A program made the position numbers and the translations under genes. DNA of 64,000 nucleotides, from NCBI GenBank assembly GCA_051362555.1, contig CM120647.1:13058651-13122650 (forward strand), given 5' to 3'. Positions 1 through 13,983 of this stretch are shown in pieces. How positions within the stretch are numbered: the first letter of the stretch is position 1; each line of letters begins with the position of its first letter. This DNA comes from Lingula anatina (taxonomy: Eukaryota > Animalia > Brachiopoda). The notes under the pieces were generated by a model, which worked only from the letters and a program-made list of their open reading frames with translations, made no database searches and was not told the origin of the DNA.

Positions 1-278
1 CTGGGGACAATATTGTATTTTAGGTGTCAGACTAGTTGAGAACTAAGAATCGTTAACAAACTAATGGAAATGTACTGGTTGTTTTCAATCATTTATCCAC
101 TGTCTTTATATTTCATACTTATTCAGTTTAATTCAGTATAACTTGGAATAGTACTTTCCAGAGGTCTGTTAGTCCCCAGGTGGCCAGTGGACTGATAAGT
201 ATGTCAATTACTAGTAACTGTCTGAAAGAGGTATAAAATTTTACCAAATACATTTTATTATACAACTCTTAAACTAAC

Positions 279-3200
279 CTCGTATTCAGCATCAAAGTTA
301 TCCACCAATTTTATGTAAGGAAGCACACCTGGAATTGAAAATATCTCATTTCAATTTACGTAAAATGCTTTCAACAAAAGATTAATGTGCAGTCCATGCC
401 AAAATATTTCACTTCATAGCTCCTTTGTAAGCACCATGAAACCACCATAATCTGGAAATGCCTGTAGATCCACATACTACAGCTGTATATTATTTGTGCC
501 ATCTGGAAGTGGCTGTAGACCTACATTATACTCACCATTAATGCCACCTGGAAATGCCTGTAGATCTACATAGTACAGCCATATAATAACCATTAATACC
601 ACCTGGAAGTGACTGTAGATCTACATAGTACTGCCATATACTCACCATTAATGCCCCATGGAAATGCCTGTAGATCTACACAGTACAGTCAGCCATATAC
701 TCACCACTAATGCCACCTGGAAGTGCCTGTAGATCTACATAGTACAGTTATATACTCACCATTAAACCCATCTGGAAGGGCCTGTAGATCTACATAGTAC
801 AGCTATATACTCACCATTAAACCCATCTGGAAGGGCCTGTAGATCTACATAGTACAGCTATATACTCACCATTAATACCATCTGGAAGTGCCTGTAGATC
901 TACATAGTACAGCCTGTTGACTGGGTGGCAGCCTTCACTGATCATCATCACCAAATAACGCCCACAGTCCGTTACCTCAGCTCCTCTGTAAACAATGTAT
1001 GTCAATACTTTTTACATCAACAGATGTTACATAAATTCAAAACATTTATGTCCTATATCAAGGTACAAAAAGCAAATTACATTTAGCTCGATAAATAGCT
1101 TTTCTTGAATTTCAGATAATATATGGACCTTCCAATCCTGAATGCACGACTGAATCAAGAACAACTCGTCATCATCTTATCTAATTTTGTCAGAAATATG
1201 TGAACAATTGCCATAATTGCACCATTTTGAGGATACTAAACAATATTAACTTTCTTTTTTCATTTTACCTAATCTTCTTATATCTCTGTTAATGCATTCA
1301 AAGGGCTGCACAAAAGCTGCGAAAGGCCTGCAAATCGGCAGATTACAATTCTCAAACTTTGAATTCAAAAGTTTGAATTCTTTTCTTTATTATTATTATT
1401 TTGAGTAATACTGATATTTACATCATCCATTTTGGGTGATCTGGAAACTCAGCACAGAGCACATCCTCCACCTGTGACGTCCCCAACCGGTGGTAGTATA
1501 ACTTCTGGTTGACATTACTGGTTGTCTCAGTACCATCAGACTTGCCTTCCTGCTCCTTGTACCTCTGAATAAAAAAAAACATGGAATTTTTTTTCAGTGA
1601 TCTTCCTATAGCAAAAATTACTAGTAATTTTAATTTCCTAATGGAAATTTGAGTACTTTGTATTTAATCACCTAGATATACAAAGCAACAAATCCAAAAT
1701 CTTATATATATATAATTCTTTGTATCAGACTTGCCTTCCTGTTCCTTGTATCTCTGAATATAAACATTGTATTTTTTTTCAGTGATCTTCCTGTAGCAAA
1801 AATTAATTATAATGGAAATGTACTTTGTATCTAATCACCTAGCTATACTAAGCTAATATCCAAAATCTTATATAGAGAATTATGATCCATAAACCTTTTT
1901 GAGTTTTTAAAGTTTAAATTGAACCACTCTTGTAATGACACAGAACCTTGTAATTTCATTTGAAACAGTGAACTCAAAAAATTCAAGACTCAAAAAAGGG
2001 TTTATAGATTGCAAATTCTTCAACACAATTAAATAGGGTAAACCTTGAAATCAACTGGAAAACTGAGGAAATTTCTAATGTTATTTTTATTCTTTCTTTT
2101 TTTTTTCCTATATACAGTATGTAAATCCAACAAACACTGTATATCTTTACAATGAATACCACTCTCAGTTCACCTTAGTTACAACCTAAGTTGGGTACTG
2201 CCCAAGTTTTGTTTTTACCAACAATTTTTAATTCAATTTTTCAGTTTCAAATCCAATTTTCACCTAAACTGACATCCTTAACTACTGTAACAATAATAAC
2301 AAAACTGTTTTAATTATTAACAGTTCCACTTTTTCATTAGCTTTTAAAGTAAAATACCTTAATACCACTAATGAGATGAATGTCTTAGCCTACCAATTTT
2401 GAAAATTCATCAAATCTGACTGAATGTTAGTATCAGCTTAATAATTTCCTTGTAATTGCGATCATTTGCATGCATAACAAGGCACCATAATATCCTTTGA
2501 GTGAAATGACTACCAAGAAGCTGCCCAACCCATGAGTATAGATTAATAGCATTAACTGAAATTTTCCCTTTGTCATGAAATACTTTTCAGAATTATATCT
2601 TTTTGTTATGGCATGTGTTAATAAAAGGAACTCTTAATTATTATAGTAAGTTCAGGAGTTTAAAACGGGGATTTTCAAAGTAAAGTATCCAAGAAAAGGG
2701 AAACCACTGTACAGGGTCTCAACATGGGGTAGGCAACATCCCTAAATATAATTTAAACTGATCATATGCAATTATATCCCCAAATGTTCCTCTTTTTAAA
2801 AAGATTTATTGCAAAATTCTAAAAACTTCACGTATGTATACTATACTGGGGTAGCGCTAGCAATTTTTTCCGCTTAGCCAAACCATCACTTTTTTATCAA
2901 CTTGTTATCCAAACGGTTATAATTTGACTAAAATTAGTCAAATCAAGCCTTTTTCTTTAGCCAATTTAAGTCAGTTTTAGCATTTGGCTAAACTGGCGAG
3001 TGTTAGCGCTACCCCAGCTATAGCTTAGTAATTGTCACACACACACAGACACACACATTTTTAATGTTAAGCCACAGCAAATATAAGACCAATAGAACAA
3101 CTGGAAACTGATTGTCTCATTTTCCTACTGCTTTCCTCAATGTTACCATGTGCTTGTTATATCAAAAGCAACAGTGAAGGATACAGTATATATATATATA

Positions 3201-6200
3201 ATTGGAAGGTGGCTAAAACCAAGGTGCTTTCTGTGAATAAAGCTAAAATGAGCTTGCAAATATAAAGATAATGAATCAACAATGTCATGTTCATGAAAAC
3301 AGCTAAAATTAACTTTGAAAATGAGGGGAAGGGAAACAGCTAGGTGAGATTTATGGAAGCAGCTAAAATTAACTTGCAAAAATGAGGAAAAAAGATGTTA
3401 AGAAGTCCCTGTTTGTGAAAATACCTAACTAAAAGTAACTTTGGAAAATAAGGGGAAAGGCAACATCAAGGTGATATCCATGAAGGAAGCTTAAATTGAG
3501 AAAAACACATAAAAAAATTCTAATTTTTAAACCTATAACAGTTAAAATTCAGTTGTAAAAAAGTAACGGCATCAAAATCCCTCCTCACATTTTTATAATT
3601 TAAAAACTTTATTGATGGAAAATATAAATAGAACATCAACCCCCACCCCTCCCCTACCTTAACCTCAACTCAATTCCTTCTCTGCTCTGGAAACTCAGCG
3701 TACTAAGGTTTTCTACTCACATTATAAAACATGCCTTTATGATCATGAGTCCAAGCCATGCTGGAAAACTTCACCTTTTCCAGAGTGTCTGGAAGATCTT
3801 TACCAGTGGCAACCTCCTTGAACTGTAATGGGGATTTTCAAAATAAAGTATCCAAGAAAAGCAAAACCACTGTACTGTAACAAATAGTTTTGTATTAAAC
3901 AACACGTCCTGTTTCTTATTTTTTTGCTTCTCTTTCATTCTTTTTATTTCTTATAATACAATAAAAATGTGTTTGTTTGTTTTTTTTACTTAAAAACAAA
4001 ACTTTTCTTAATTGTTTATATAAATAACATTACTAGTACATGGAAATTAGTCTATTCAACAAATGATAAATACATAGTAATTTAAAGTTAAGATTTTCTG
4101 TTGTGTCCTTTTCACCATGGCATTGATTTATTCAATCAAATTAAGTAACTCTATAAGGGGTCTACATGTATCTTCAAAGTGTACAAGGCAAACACATTAT
4201 TTAATTTAGAGTTTAGATTGTCTTCTCTGAAAACAATATTATTAAGTAGTTGTTGCTAATTTAGAGCATAATTTCTTGCTACAACTGTCCAGACCCTAGT
4301 CTCATCACCTCAACAATAACATAACCAATGACAAACAGATAGATGGCAGCACATGCTATAATCTTTACCTTTATAGTAATCCAATCAGAACCACTGTTAC
4401 TTAGGCCATAGGCAAAATATTCCCCATTCTCTGAAAAGGCTGTGCCTCTAATAGAAAGGGTCCCATCTTCTGACAAAGCATTAGGATCGAGAAAAACTTT
4501 TGCTTCTGCTTCCAAGGACTCTTGGACGTAAAACACACTGAAAGTTTGATCAAAATGAATTTTAGAATGCTGAATAAACAAATAAACAAATAGACAGATA
4601 AGCTAAACATTGGCACTGATCTATTATTGCCATTATTTGTAGGTGCAGGCTTGTCACATCTCCTTTATAGCTTTTAGACTGGGCTATTAAACTGGCTTTT
4701 TATAATCTGGTCCTTTTGATATTCCATTTGTGGTTTTAATTAGTATTATTTTTCAGTCATTTACACACATACATGCACATACACCTACTTGTAAACACGT
4801 ACACACTCGCACGCGCGCACACACACACAAACATGCACACATACACACGAACACTCACCTCTGATTCTGTAAGCCAGTGTTATAGTAGTAGAAATAGCGG
4901 TCTCCTTTCTTGGAAGGACAGCTATACTTTGGGTAGTCCCACATCTCTGTTATTCTGTAAAAACAAACAGCAGAGACTATCCTCAGAAATACAAAAATAA
5001 TGCCAGTCTTTAAAAGTTCAAATAACTTCACTTGATCATATGAAGTAAAATGAGACAATAAATAACAACTTTGAAAAAAAAATTAATAAAAATAAATTAT
5101 TTTGCATCAAAAAAATCTTAATCTGTAATCAATACATTTTATCAAGAGAAATGCTACCTATCCTTTCATTCAGTCTGTTTTAACAAGGACTACAATAAAT
5201 AAAGTAACATAATAATTATTATCACAGTGGGTTAAACAGAGCTCTCTTTCATAAGCAAAACCCACCCCGTCTCACAAGCAGCCCCCCAATTTTTTTCTCA
5301 TTCCTCTATCATACCTCTCATTCAGCTTCTTCCTGATGGAACACTTGTCCAAGAAGGGCTCCGTGACTGCATTCTGAGCATCTACAAATTCCTTGGTCTC
5401 TTCAGCATCAGGATCTTCCATCCAGCCATAGGGGTCAGGAACCTACGGCATTAAATAATAATAAGAGATTTTCATGGGACGTTAAATAATAGATTCTCTA
5501 TAGAAAACAAGGCTCAGCAGTTGGGGTCTGAGATTAACGTACTGTACTATATTAAACAAGATTATTCATAGGAAACTAGGCTTATACTACAGCAGTCAGG
5601 TTGGGAATTAACTTAATACATTAAACAATATATTCTCCATAGAAAACTAGACTCAGCAGTAGAGGATGGGAATTAACCTAATACATTTAAAAACAGCTAG
5701 ATTATTCCTAGAAAACTAGGCTAATAGTACTAATATTCTTGTAGCTGTGCTCACTTTTCAATTTATTCTAACAAATAACAGGTTAATTTGAGCTATGTAA
5801 CAGAGAAGTTCTATCTGAATACATACTGGAGTACAGAAATTTGCAGAACATTTGATTTCATTTGACTGCAACATGCATGTACATGTTGATCAGGTATTGT
5901 ACCATAATTTTCTGATCATGGATAAAAATGCAAAGATTTTCTGCCCATTTTTTTTATTTCTAATTTATTTAATATTATTATTATTACTATAGCCAGGGCA
6001 AGATGGGCGGTTCGTTTACCCCCCCCCCCCCCCCTCTCCATTCCGGCTCTGAGACTCTGCAGTGAAGTGGCCGGTTGTTTCATTCAGCATGAACCTGCAT
6101 GTTTAGCCAATCTCCCAGCACATCGGATAGTAGTCAAAATATTTCGATGGAAATGTCATATGATATCATTGATGAAAATGAACAACGGGTTTGACATCAG

Positions 6201-6492
6201 CATTATTTATGTACTGCAGCACAAACAACTCCACGCTGTTTAATGTCATAAAGACTGTGCGTCAGCCAAATGCCTATCAATATCGTCCACGCAATAGCCT
6301 CGAATTCGGTATATCACCCTCTTACAGGTGATTTAAACAAAGTCGTGAGAAAGAGGCCTTGCGGCGGTGTATAAGCAAATTTTACGTTGCCATCGTCTAT
6401 ATTGGATACCAATAAGTGAGTGCCCCTACCTTTGTTCCATGGTAATCCTCCACGCTCGACTCGTCCCTTCTTGCTTTCGGGTACTGGAACAT
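279..6492 (-). CDS. PREP: Prolyl endopeptidase (prolyl oligopeptidase, S9A), 5' part; gene continues beyond the left edge
   Basis: Exons with GT-AG ends and consistent phases: 6430-6492 ([21 protein letters not shown]), 5315-5442 ([24 protein letters not shown]...), 4859-4954 ([31 protein letters not shown]), 4369-4537 ([26 protein letters not shown]...SGSDWITIK), 3721-3822 ([34 protein letters not shown]), 1422-1564 ([28 protein letters not shown]...FPDHPKWM), 870-985 ([10 protein letters not shown]...VNRLYYVDL), 279-328 ([16 protein letters not shown]). These are colinear with the vertebrate PREP N-terminus and beta-propeller as I recall it. Confidence 0.96.
441..914. repeat. ~55-bp minisatellite (about 9 copies) made of the 3' end of PREP exon 7 plus its splice donor
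   Basis: Unit tatactcaccattaaacccatctggaagggcctgtagatctacatagtacagc recurs at 527, ~582, 637, 696, 751, 806 and 861, with degenerate copies from 441. The last copy overlaps the real exon. Confidence 0.93.
1536..1875. repeat. ~190-bp tandem duplication covering the PREP exon 6 acceptor and its first codons
   Basis: tcagacttgccttcctg(c/t)tccttgta(c/t)ctctgaata...ttttttcagtgatcttcct...atccaaaatcttatata occurs at ~1536-1670 and ~1725-1875. Confidence 0.88.
2846..3017. mobile_element. Small MITE-like element
   Basis: 14-bp terminal inverted repeat ctggggtagcgcta / tagcgctaccccag, internal ttagcca/tggctaa subterminal motifs, and ctata on both flanks. Confidence 0.7.
3200..3500. repeat. Degenerate 60-bp intronic minisatellite
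   Basis: agctaaaat(t/g)a(a/g)ctt recurs at 3241, 3301 and 3361, with weaker copies near 3429 and 3488. Confidence 0.7.
5480..5730. repeat. Degenerate ~70-bp intronic tandem repeat
   Basis: Motif agatt(a/c)t..catag(g/a)aaactaggct...cagcagt recurs about 4 times. Confidence 0.6.
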
Positions 6493-6589
6493 ATTCGGAA
6501 TGCTAACGAAGCAAAACTGAAGAAAGACCAAAAAGAAAACAATGCACAGATGCTGAACTCTTCGGCAACCTCTTCGATCGAGAATCATG

Positions 6590-7109
6590 CAGGGGACGAC
6601 GAACAGACAGAAGCAGGAAAGGTCCCACGGGACTGACGCTATTAATGAATTATGCTCATCAGTGTTGCTCATATCCCCCAGATATTATCTATAATCATCC
6701 CCAATCCATTACATATTCATTATATTTGCCATGTCGGGATTTTCAAGAAAGGTTTACATACTTTAGGAACATATCATTTACAAAAGTCTTGAAAAATGCA
6801 GACCTTTCACCAAGGAGGGAATTCCAAATCACAACCAACCAATCATAAAATGGACTTGATGACGTCACTGGACGTAAGGTTTCTATAAATAGAACACAAA
6901 CAGTGAGTATATAAAAGGTGGACATTTAATTTATTGATCGTAATACATATATTGGAGAGGATATTCCTCCGTTTTGCAATGACTTGTACGTTGCAGGTGA
7001 CTTGCGAATAGTAAAGGACGTTCTTGAAGTATTATGAAGGAGCTTCGAGCCAGTAGCACCTAGTAAGGGAATCGATCTTTCGATCTGCAAATAATTTTCA
7101 CATCACAAC
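6590..7109. promoter_or_regulatory. Putative bidirectional promoter between PREP and RNF217, with a full CRE palindrome
   Basis: Divergent start codons are only ~520-620 bp apart. TGACGTCA lies at 6860-6867. An acceptor-like ttgtacgttgcag near 6996 suggests a 5'UTR intron in RNF217. Confidence 0.55.
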
Positions 7110-8984
7110 ATGGCCGACACGAGTTGTATGAAGAAGGTTACTAACGCTGTTGACTCGCTATCCGAAGGTCATTTGAAATATGAGACATCGTCAGCGGATT
7201 CGTCTTATGATAGTTTTCCCTTCTGGCATTTGTCGCCAGATTTATTTTCGAGCAGGTTAAGTGTGACAGAGAATTTAGATTCAGATAAAGATGAAATACA
7301 TCCTGGTTCGAATAACAGAAAATCAGAAGGGAATTTCGCCAAGTCTGCAAGCAACACATCACCAAGAAAGAAAAAGAGAGGCAAAGTAAGAAAGTCAAGT
7401 CGGACAAAAACACAAGGTTTTGTAAACACAGTGTCAGAAATGAACGCCACTGTGACTGATTCAACCGTCACGTCCTCTGAACAAGATGGCCCACCTGCTT
7501 TGGGTGGCTTACATAGGCAATTAATGGAAGAAATTGAACGCTTTGACTCCAAAACTTTAACTCACCCACGTGGTTCATTCAGGACCAACCCTTGTGGATC
7601 TTTCAGGCGTATGGGCCCGTTTGGTTGTATCATAAAAGTACCCCATGAGCCAGAAGGGAGCATATCTAGCACCGAGGCATGGGACACAGACTGGGACAGC
7701 GACGGGTGGGACAACAGTCCCGAAGATGACGACACTTTGATCCCTGACCTTGAGGCAGCTGCCCAGCAGCTACAGATGTTATTGGCCAGGGAAGATTTGG
7801 CAGAAGAGATGGGGTGGGGGCTGCGAGAAAACCACCCCGCCAAACCCCCCTTTCCCCTGGGGCCCTTACAGACCACCGAGTGTATGGTGTGCTTCGACAC
7901 ACGCGACCTTCACCTCCGCCATTGCTGTCAGCTGCCTGTCTGCAATGAATGTTTGAAAGAATATTTCAGAACCCAAGTGGAGCAGGCCAATGTTAAACTG
8001 GGTTGCGTCAACCCGAGCTGTGATGCCTATGTCCACAGAGATGAGATCATTTTCATGTTAGAGCCTGAAATGAAAGACAAATTCTACCGCTTTCTCGTCG
8101 ATGCAAACAAAGAGCCTCATGTCAAAACTTGCCCGCGCTGCAGCAAGATCATGACTCTAAAAAAGGAAGACTTGACACAGTCCAAGTCGATGAAAGCAGG
8201 GTACTCTGTCACCTGTTCGGAGTGCCACCTAGTGTGGTGTTTTCCATGCCAGGCCCCATGGCACGAAGGCGTAACGTGCAAGCAGTTTAAGAAAGGAGAC
8301 AAGCTGCTACGACAATGGGCCAAAGAGTACCATTATGGTCAACCCAATGCTAAGAGGTGTCCTAGCTGTAAGGTAAGATTAAAATTATTGGAGTATTAGG
8401 TGGGGAAAGGAGGGGGGGGGGGGGAATGAATAAAAAAATCCATGCATATGTACCTGAAAAGTGCCCCAGCAGCACTATTTGGAATATTATCCGGGGAAAG
8501 TTGGGGGGGGGGGGTGTTGACTAAAAAAAAATCCCTGCACAGTCGAGTGACCAAGCTGCAAAGTGGGTTTTGAATTATTTGGAGTATAATCTGGGGAACA
8601 AGTATTGAATTCAATAAAATCCCTGCACATGTATCTGAAAGGTGACCCTGCTGCAAGGTGGGTTTAAATGGAATATTATCTGGAGATGATGGGATGTTTG
8701 GGGGGGGGGGGGGTATTAATAAATCCAAAAAATTATCCAGTATGCAAGTTATCTAGACAAAAATTCAGGTCTGTACCTTGTTGGGGAGGGGGGGTGAAGA
8801 AAGAACTACCCTTTTAATCAGAAAAGATCAGCTCTAAATCAGGATTTGATATTGGTTATTGGTTCCATGCCATTTCGAGAGTTGTACCAGTTGTAGGTAA
8901 AAAAGTCAACTTTTTCAAAAATAAAAAATAGAGACCCCTTTGAAATTGCTCATGTATAGACCTGAATTTTGTATTCATGAATAA

Positions 8985-9045
<61 letters not shown>

Positions 9046-12000
9046 AAGGCAAATTAATCTTTTCACATGAATTACCCATTGTGTTATTTTTAGCTTTAAT
9101 TTTCTGATTATCCATTAAAGGTAAAAGGTAACGACCTGAATTCTCTTTAAAATTTGTATCCATTGTGTCAATTTCTTCATTTCCAGCAAGTTTGGCATTA
9201 TAACAACCGGTAATTTGATATAACGTACAAATATTAGATCAAATCCTTTTGTAAAACTGCTTGTGACATAAGGAAATAAGGAAGTAAAATAAAACAGATA
9301 ACCTCAAGATCTCAGGTGTGCCCAAGACCTCGAATTGCAATTAACATTATGCGTTTGGGGGGGGGGGGGAAGACCTCCAAAACAGAGGTTATCGCCATTA
9401 TTTTGGAATCTGTACTTGCTACTGGACCACATGACCTCGATAGATGGCTACCCTCTGTAAAAATCTCTTATACATTATTACAAAAAAAGCAAACTTTTTA
9501 GAAAAAAACAGGGACTAACTTGGATTGTTTGTACTGAAAATTGTCATTTCCCCGAGGAAAATCCATTTTTGGCTAAAATGAACAGTTGTTTTTTCCTTGA
9601 AGCACATTTACTGGCAGTCAATTTTCAGTTATAAATACACTTTTGTCCAGAGTAAGAGCTGATGTTCAGATCTAGTATACAAGTTAAGTCATCTAAGCCT
9701 CAGAAATTTTAAAGACTTCTTGTGAAGTATGCTCTAATCAGGTCTGTACATTTAAATGAGTTTCTGAACATGGTGACATAGGAATCTTTTTGGTGTCTTT
9801 CTGATGAACTCAGTTTATGATATGTTGGTATTAACTGATTGGTGATTGATTAATTAAATACAATCTGTTTTGCTCACATGGTTTGCAGGACTGATAAATT
9901 AACTGTCACTGTGATACTAGTACAATTGTCAAGTCACACTGGAGAAATTTGATATCATTTCTGCTATCTCCGCACTCCTATTTATAGTACAGTACTCATG
10001 TTTTGAAATTTGTTGATCATGTATTCTTCTGCAGAAGGACAATATGGTATTTTCTCAAAAAGTTTGAATCAGTTTGATTTTTAAAATTGTGATTTATGCA
10101 TTCTGAAGTCCTGAAACTAATGTTTATTATAAATTGAAAATATTGATATATAATGAAAATATATATTGTTGAAATTGTGTTGAAAACTCGAGTTAATTTG
10201 AACAGATTTGAAAAGGTAATTTTCCAAATATTTTACGTTTATGTAACACCTGAAAAAAAAAGATAATAAAATCTTCTCAAAACTTTGGTTTTCTTTGAGT
10301 AGCACCTACGTAGGATTTTTTTTAAAATTTATCTGAAAAAAAAAAGATAAGGAAGGAGAGAATATTGAAATGAATGAAGTACCATAAAATACAATAAACA
10401 TACAATATCTCATTTGTAACTTAGATCCAGGGACATGTACACATAGGGATATTTCATGCAATAACAGGAGTCTACATCCTAATGAGATTCTATAGAGTGC
10501 ACTTATCACCTGACATCGCACTTACTGTACTAGGACAGTGCAATTTTACACTAGAAAGCTTCATAATTTGATGTAACAGGGGCCCTGAGTTTAATCATTC
10601 CAAGAAGTCTTCATTCCTGGAGGACTTGTCGTCCAGGTCTGTTTGTTAGTCTGCCATTTCAATATGCACTCATTGCAGGTAAACTCAGGACATGGCAGAT
10701 GTTATTTTATAAATATAATAGTTAACTAATGAAGACGTCCCGGAACAGGCCCCATGCAGTTCATTTGGGGATTTAACATACAGGATTAAAAAGGGTCCCT
10801 TGTTAATTAGTGGTGTTAATTGGTCTGTTTCTGTCTAAAATTAGTCTGTTTTCTGTCTGAAATTATTCCGTTTTCTGTCAGAGTTTTCCCCTGTGTGAGC
10901 ATTCTCTCAGGTTGGAATACACACACACACACACATGTATACGTACACAAACATGCTCTTTCTTTCTCTGTCTGACAAACACACATACTAGTCTCTCTCT
11001 CTCTCTCTCTCTCTTGCCATTGAGAGTGCTTGCCATTGATAGAGCTTTGACTTATACTAGTACTAGTACTTGTTATTGCTTGTGCTGAGAGAGGTTCAGC
11101 ATGTTAGAATTTTTTTTATCTTATTCGCTAAGATCATGCCAAAATAAACCTTGTCATGTTACGTGACAATGTTGTCACGTTGAAAAATACAGTGTGGTGA
11201 ATGTGTTTATTCAAGCTGATGATGTTACAGCAGCTTTTTGGTGGGTGAAAACTGTATTTATTGATTTCTGGCAGATCTCCCTTACAGTACCTGAATGGCT
11301 GTTAACTCTGTTTTTAAGGCTTATTTAATCACAACAATACTAGTACAAGTAAGTACTAGTACTACAAATCTTGAAAGGGTTTTATCAGTAAAGAGGAGAA
11401 GTAATGCTTTTTTTTAAATAGATACTCATAATAATAGATGATGTGTAAATAGATACTCCTAAACAAAAAACTTATGGCTCCATTCAAAATAACTATGTAC
11501 AACTGTGTCAAACCATACAATGACACTTCCTAGTCATCACCATCAAGCCATTTTTTTTTTTTTTTTTTTTTTTGATATCTTTCTTAGTTACAGAGATATA
11601 TATCGCGGAGTGATCACTGTCTTATAAGACAGATTTACAAAACGGCAAAATTAATGATATACTAGTAAATGCTGTGTGTAGGGAGAGGCACCTGTGGTGG
11701 TAAATAAAACCAAAAGGGAGTTCTTACCCAGTAGGTATTTATTTTTATTGTGATAGTTATTTCATATAAAAGAAAGGGGAAACTACCCAAATATAGGCCT
11801 TCAGTTATAATGTATCAAACCCGAATGTATCAAATCTTTAAGGGACAATTTTGTGAGACTTAGGCATGGAAAAAGTCAAGTGCATACATTTTTAGTCCAC
11901 AGAAAACACCCAGGTAAAGAAGGGCTTGATTCACAATGCAGCTCTATTCACACCAGATTTAATTTAGACAGGAAATTTTCTTATTGTCATTACAAAGCGA

Positions 12001-12855
12001 TCTGGATTCACAATACAATTCATTCATTTGAATATTCTCAGTGAATACATACATAACTAGAAAAAAAAAAACATGAGTAGAGGCAAATTGAATACACCAT
12101 GAAAAGCATAAAAATGTAAAACATACTGGTACTGAACACACAAAGGAATAGTTCGAGTGATTTAAGACCAAAGTACAAGGATATGACACAGTATTTGACA
12201 ATAGACTGCCATAAAAGCACAACGATAGAATTTGTGACTCTTCCAATACAGGCTGTAAGATTAAGAGATGTGACTCAGGCTGCAGTTTTATGGTAATTTA
12301 TCACAAATTTTGAACACCATACTTTTCTTCCAAACATTATCAGAATTACAGGATATCATTATGGTTTTTAAAACTACTCACATATAAAAAAAAACAATCT
12401 TTTTCAATTGATATTGACCCACCTCATTATTTTTCTAACACACATTTTAGGTAAATTAAATAATTAACATTAAAAAAAAAAAGAAATTATATGATTTATG
12501 GATTTTGTTCAAAATTAGAGAATAAGTACCAATAAATATTGACAATTCAGTGACTTGCATCATCAGAATACTGACTTCTGGAAAGAAAAAAATGATTATG
12601 GGATTTCTTGGTATGCGACCTGTCTGCAATGGGGGGTTGAGTACAGTATGCAGTTTTTATGGTCATAAATGTTCCTATTATTTTGTTATATAGCTTGTAC
12701 TAATGTAAAAGGCATGCGCCATCCTTTTGAAATAAAGGAACTATCACAATAACCCCTGCTAAAAAATGGCAGTTGTATGCAAAGCAAAGAATTTATATAT
12801 AACCATATCTGTTCACTTGGCTTATTCATGGTGATAGCAAAAATTGGGCCCCAAA

Positions 12856-12903
<48 letters not shown>

Positions 12904-13944
12904 GTGTGAAAATAGTTTATGATGGTTGGCAAAAACTAAGTGGCGAGGACCCTAGAAAATTTTTCATTTTTTTTTTTTTTTTTTTTATGTGCCAGAATCA
13001 TGTCAACAGTGGAGTTGGTTTAACCTGTGTTATCTGCATATTATATGTTTTTGTATTATATTGATTTAAAATCTATTTTGGCTATCAGTTACACATGTAA
13101 GACTTTTCTCTCTCTATTTCAGATTTTCATCCAACGTACAACGGGATGTGATCACATGACCTGTTCTGGCTGCAAGACAGAGTTCTGTTACCGCTGTGGA
13201 GAAAGATTCCGAGAGCTGAAATTTATTGGCAACCATTACAACCGCCTCAGTATATTTGGCTGCAAGTACAAGTACCTGCCTGAGAAACCAGTGCAGAGGA
13301 GGCTGATTAGAGGGTCCATTTTTGGTAATATTTCTGCTCTCTCTCTCTCTCTCACTCTCTCTTTCTCTCTCTCTCTCTCTCTTCAGAATAGAAGTGATAT
13401 TAGTAGCAGGATCATTCTGTCTCAGCAGGGCTTCTAGGTAAAGCACAGTCAATGTAATCAGCCTAATTGTCTGGCACTGGCATCCCCCTTGCTAATCAAC
13501 ATGAACACAATGTGGACCATAAGGTTTTCCTCACTTGACCCAAGTGCTTTAAGTAACTACTAAAAAGCCTACTGCATGATCCAATTCAGTGTGTAATAGA
13601 GGAATACATGATTATTATTATTATTATTAATATTATTATTATTATTATTATAGCAGCTGGCAAACAGATAGAAGCTCTTCTCAACTGAATTTTGATTTAA
13701 TTTCTGTTACAGGTGGCAAACTGTTAGCAGCGCCTCTATTGGCTGGCTTGGCCATTGGTGCCGGCGGAGTTCTGCTGGGTATAGGCGCCATTGCTCTCCC
13801 CTTCTATGCCAGTTATAAGCTCCACAAGTTTATAAGTCACAAGAAAATGTTGAAAAGGCAGCGAAGGAGACAGGAGGAGATCAAAAGAAGAATGCAGCAA
13901 ATGAGAGATGAGTACAAGAGGAATGTGGAATGTGGGTATAATTT

Positions 13945-13983
<39 letters not shown>

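Noticed and set aside
3143-3379. 78-aa ORF with repeated VNFSCFH
   Set aside because: It is the translation of the 60-bp intronic minisatellite in PREP.
7141-8323. Several minus-strand ORFs over RNF217 exon 1
   Set aside because: They are antisense shadows of a long coding exon.
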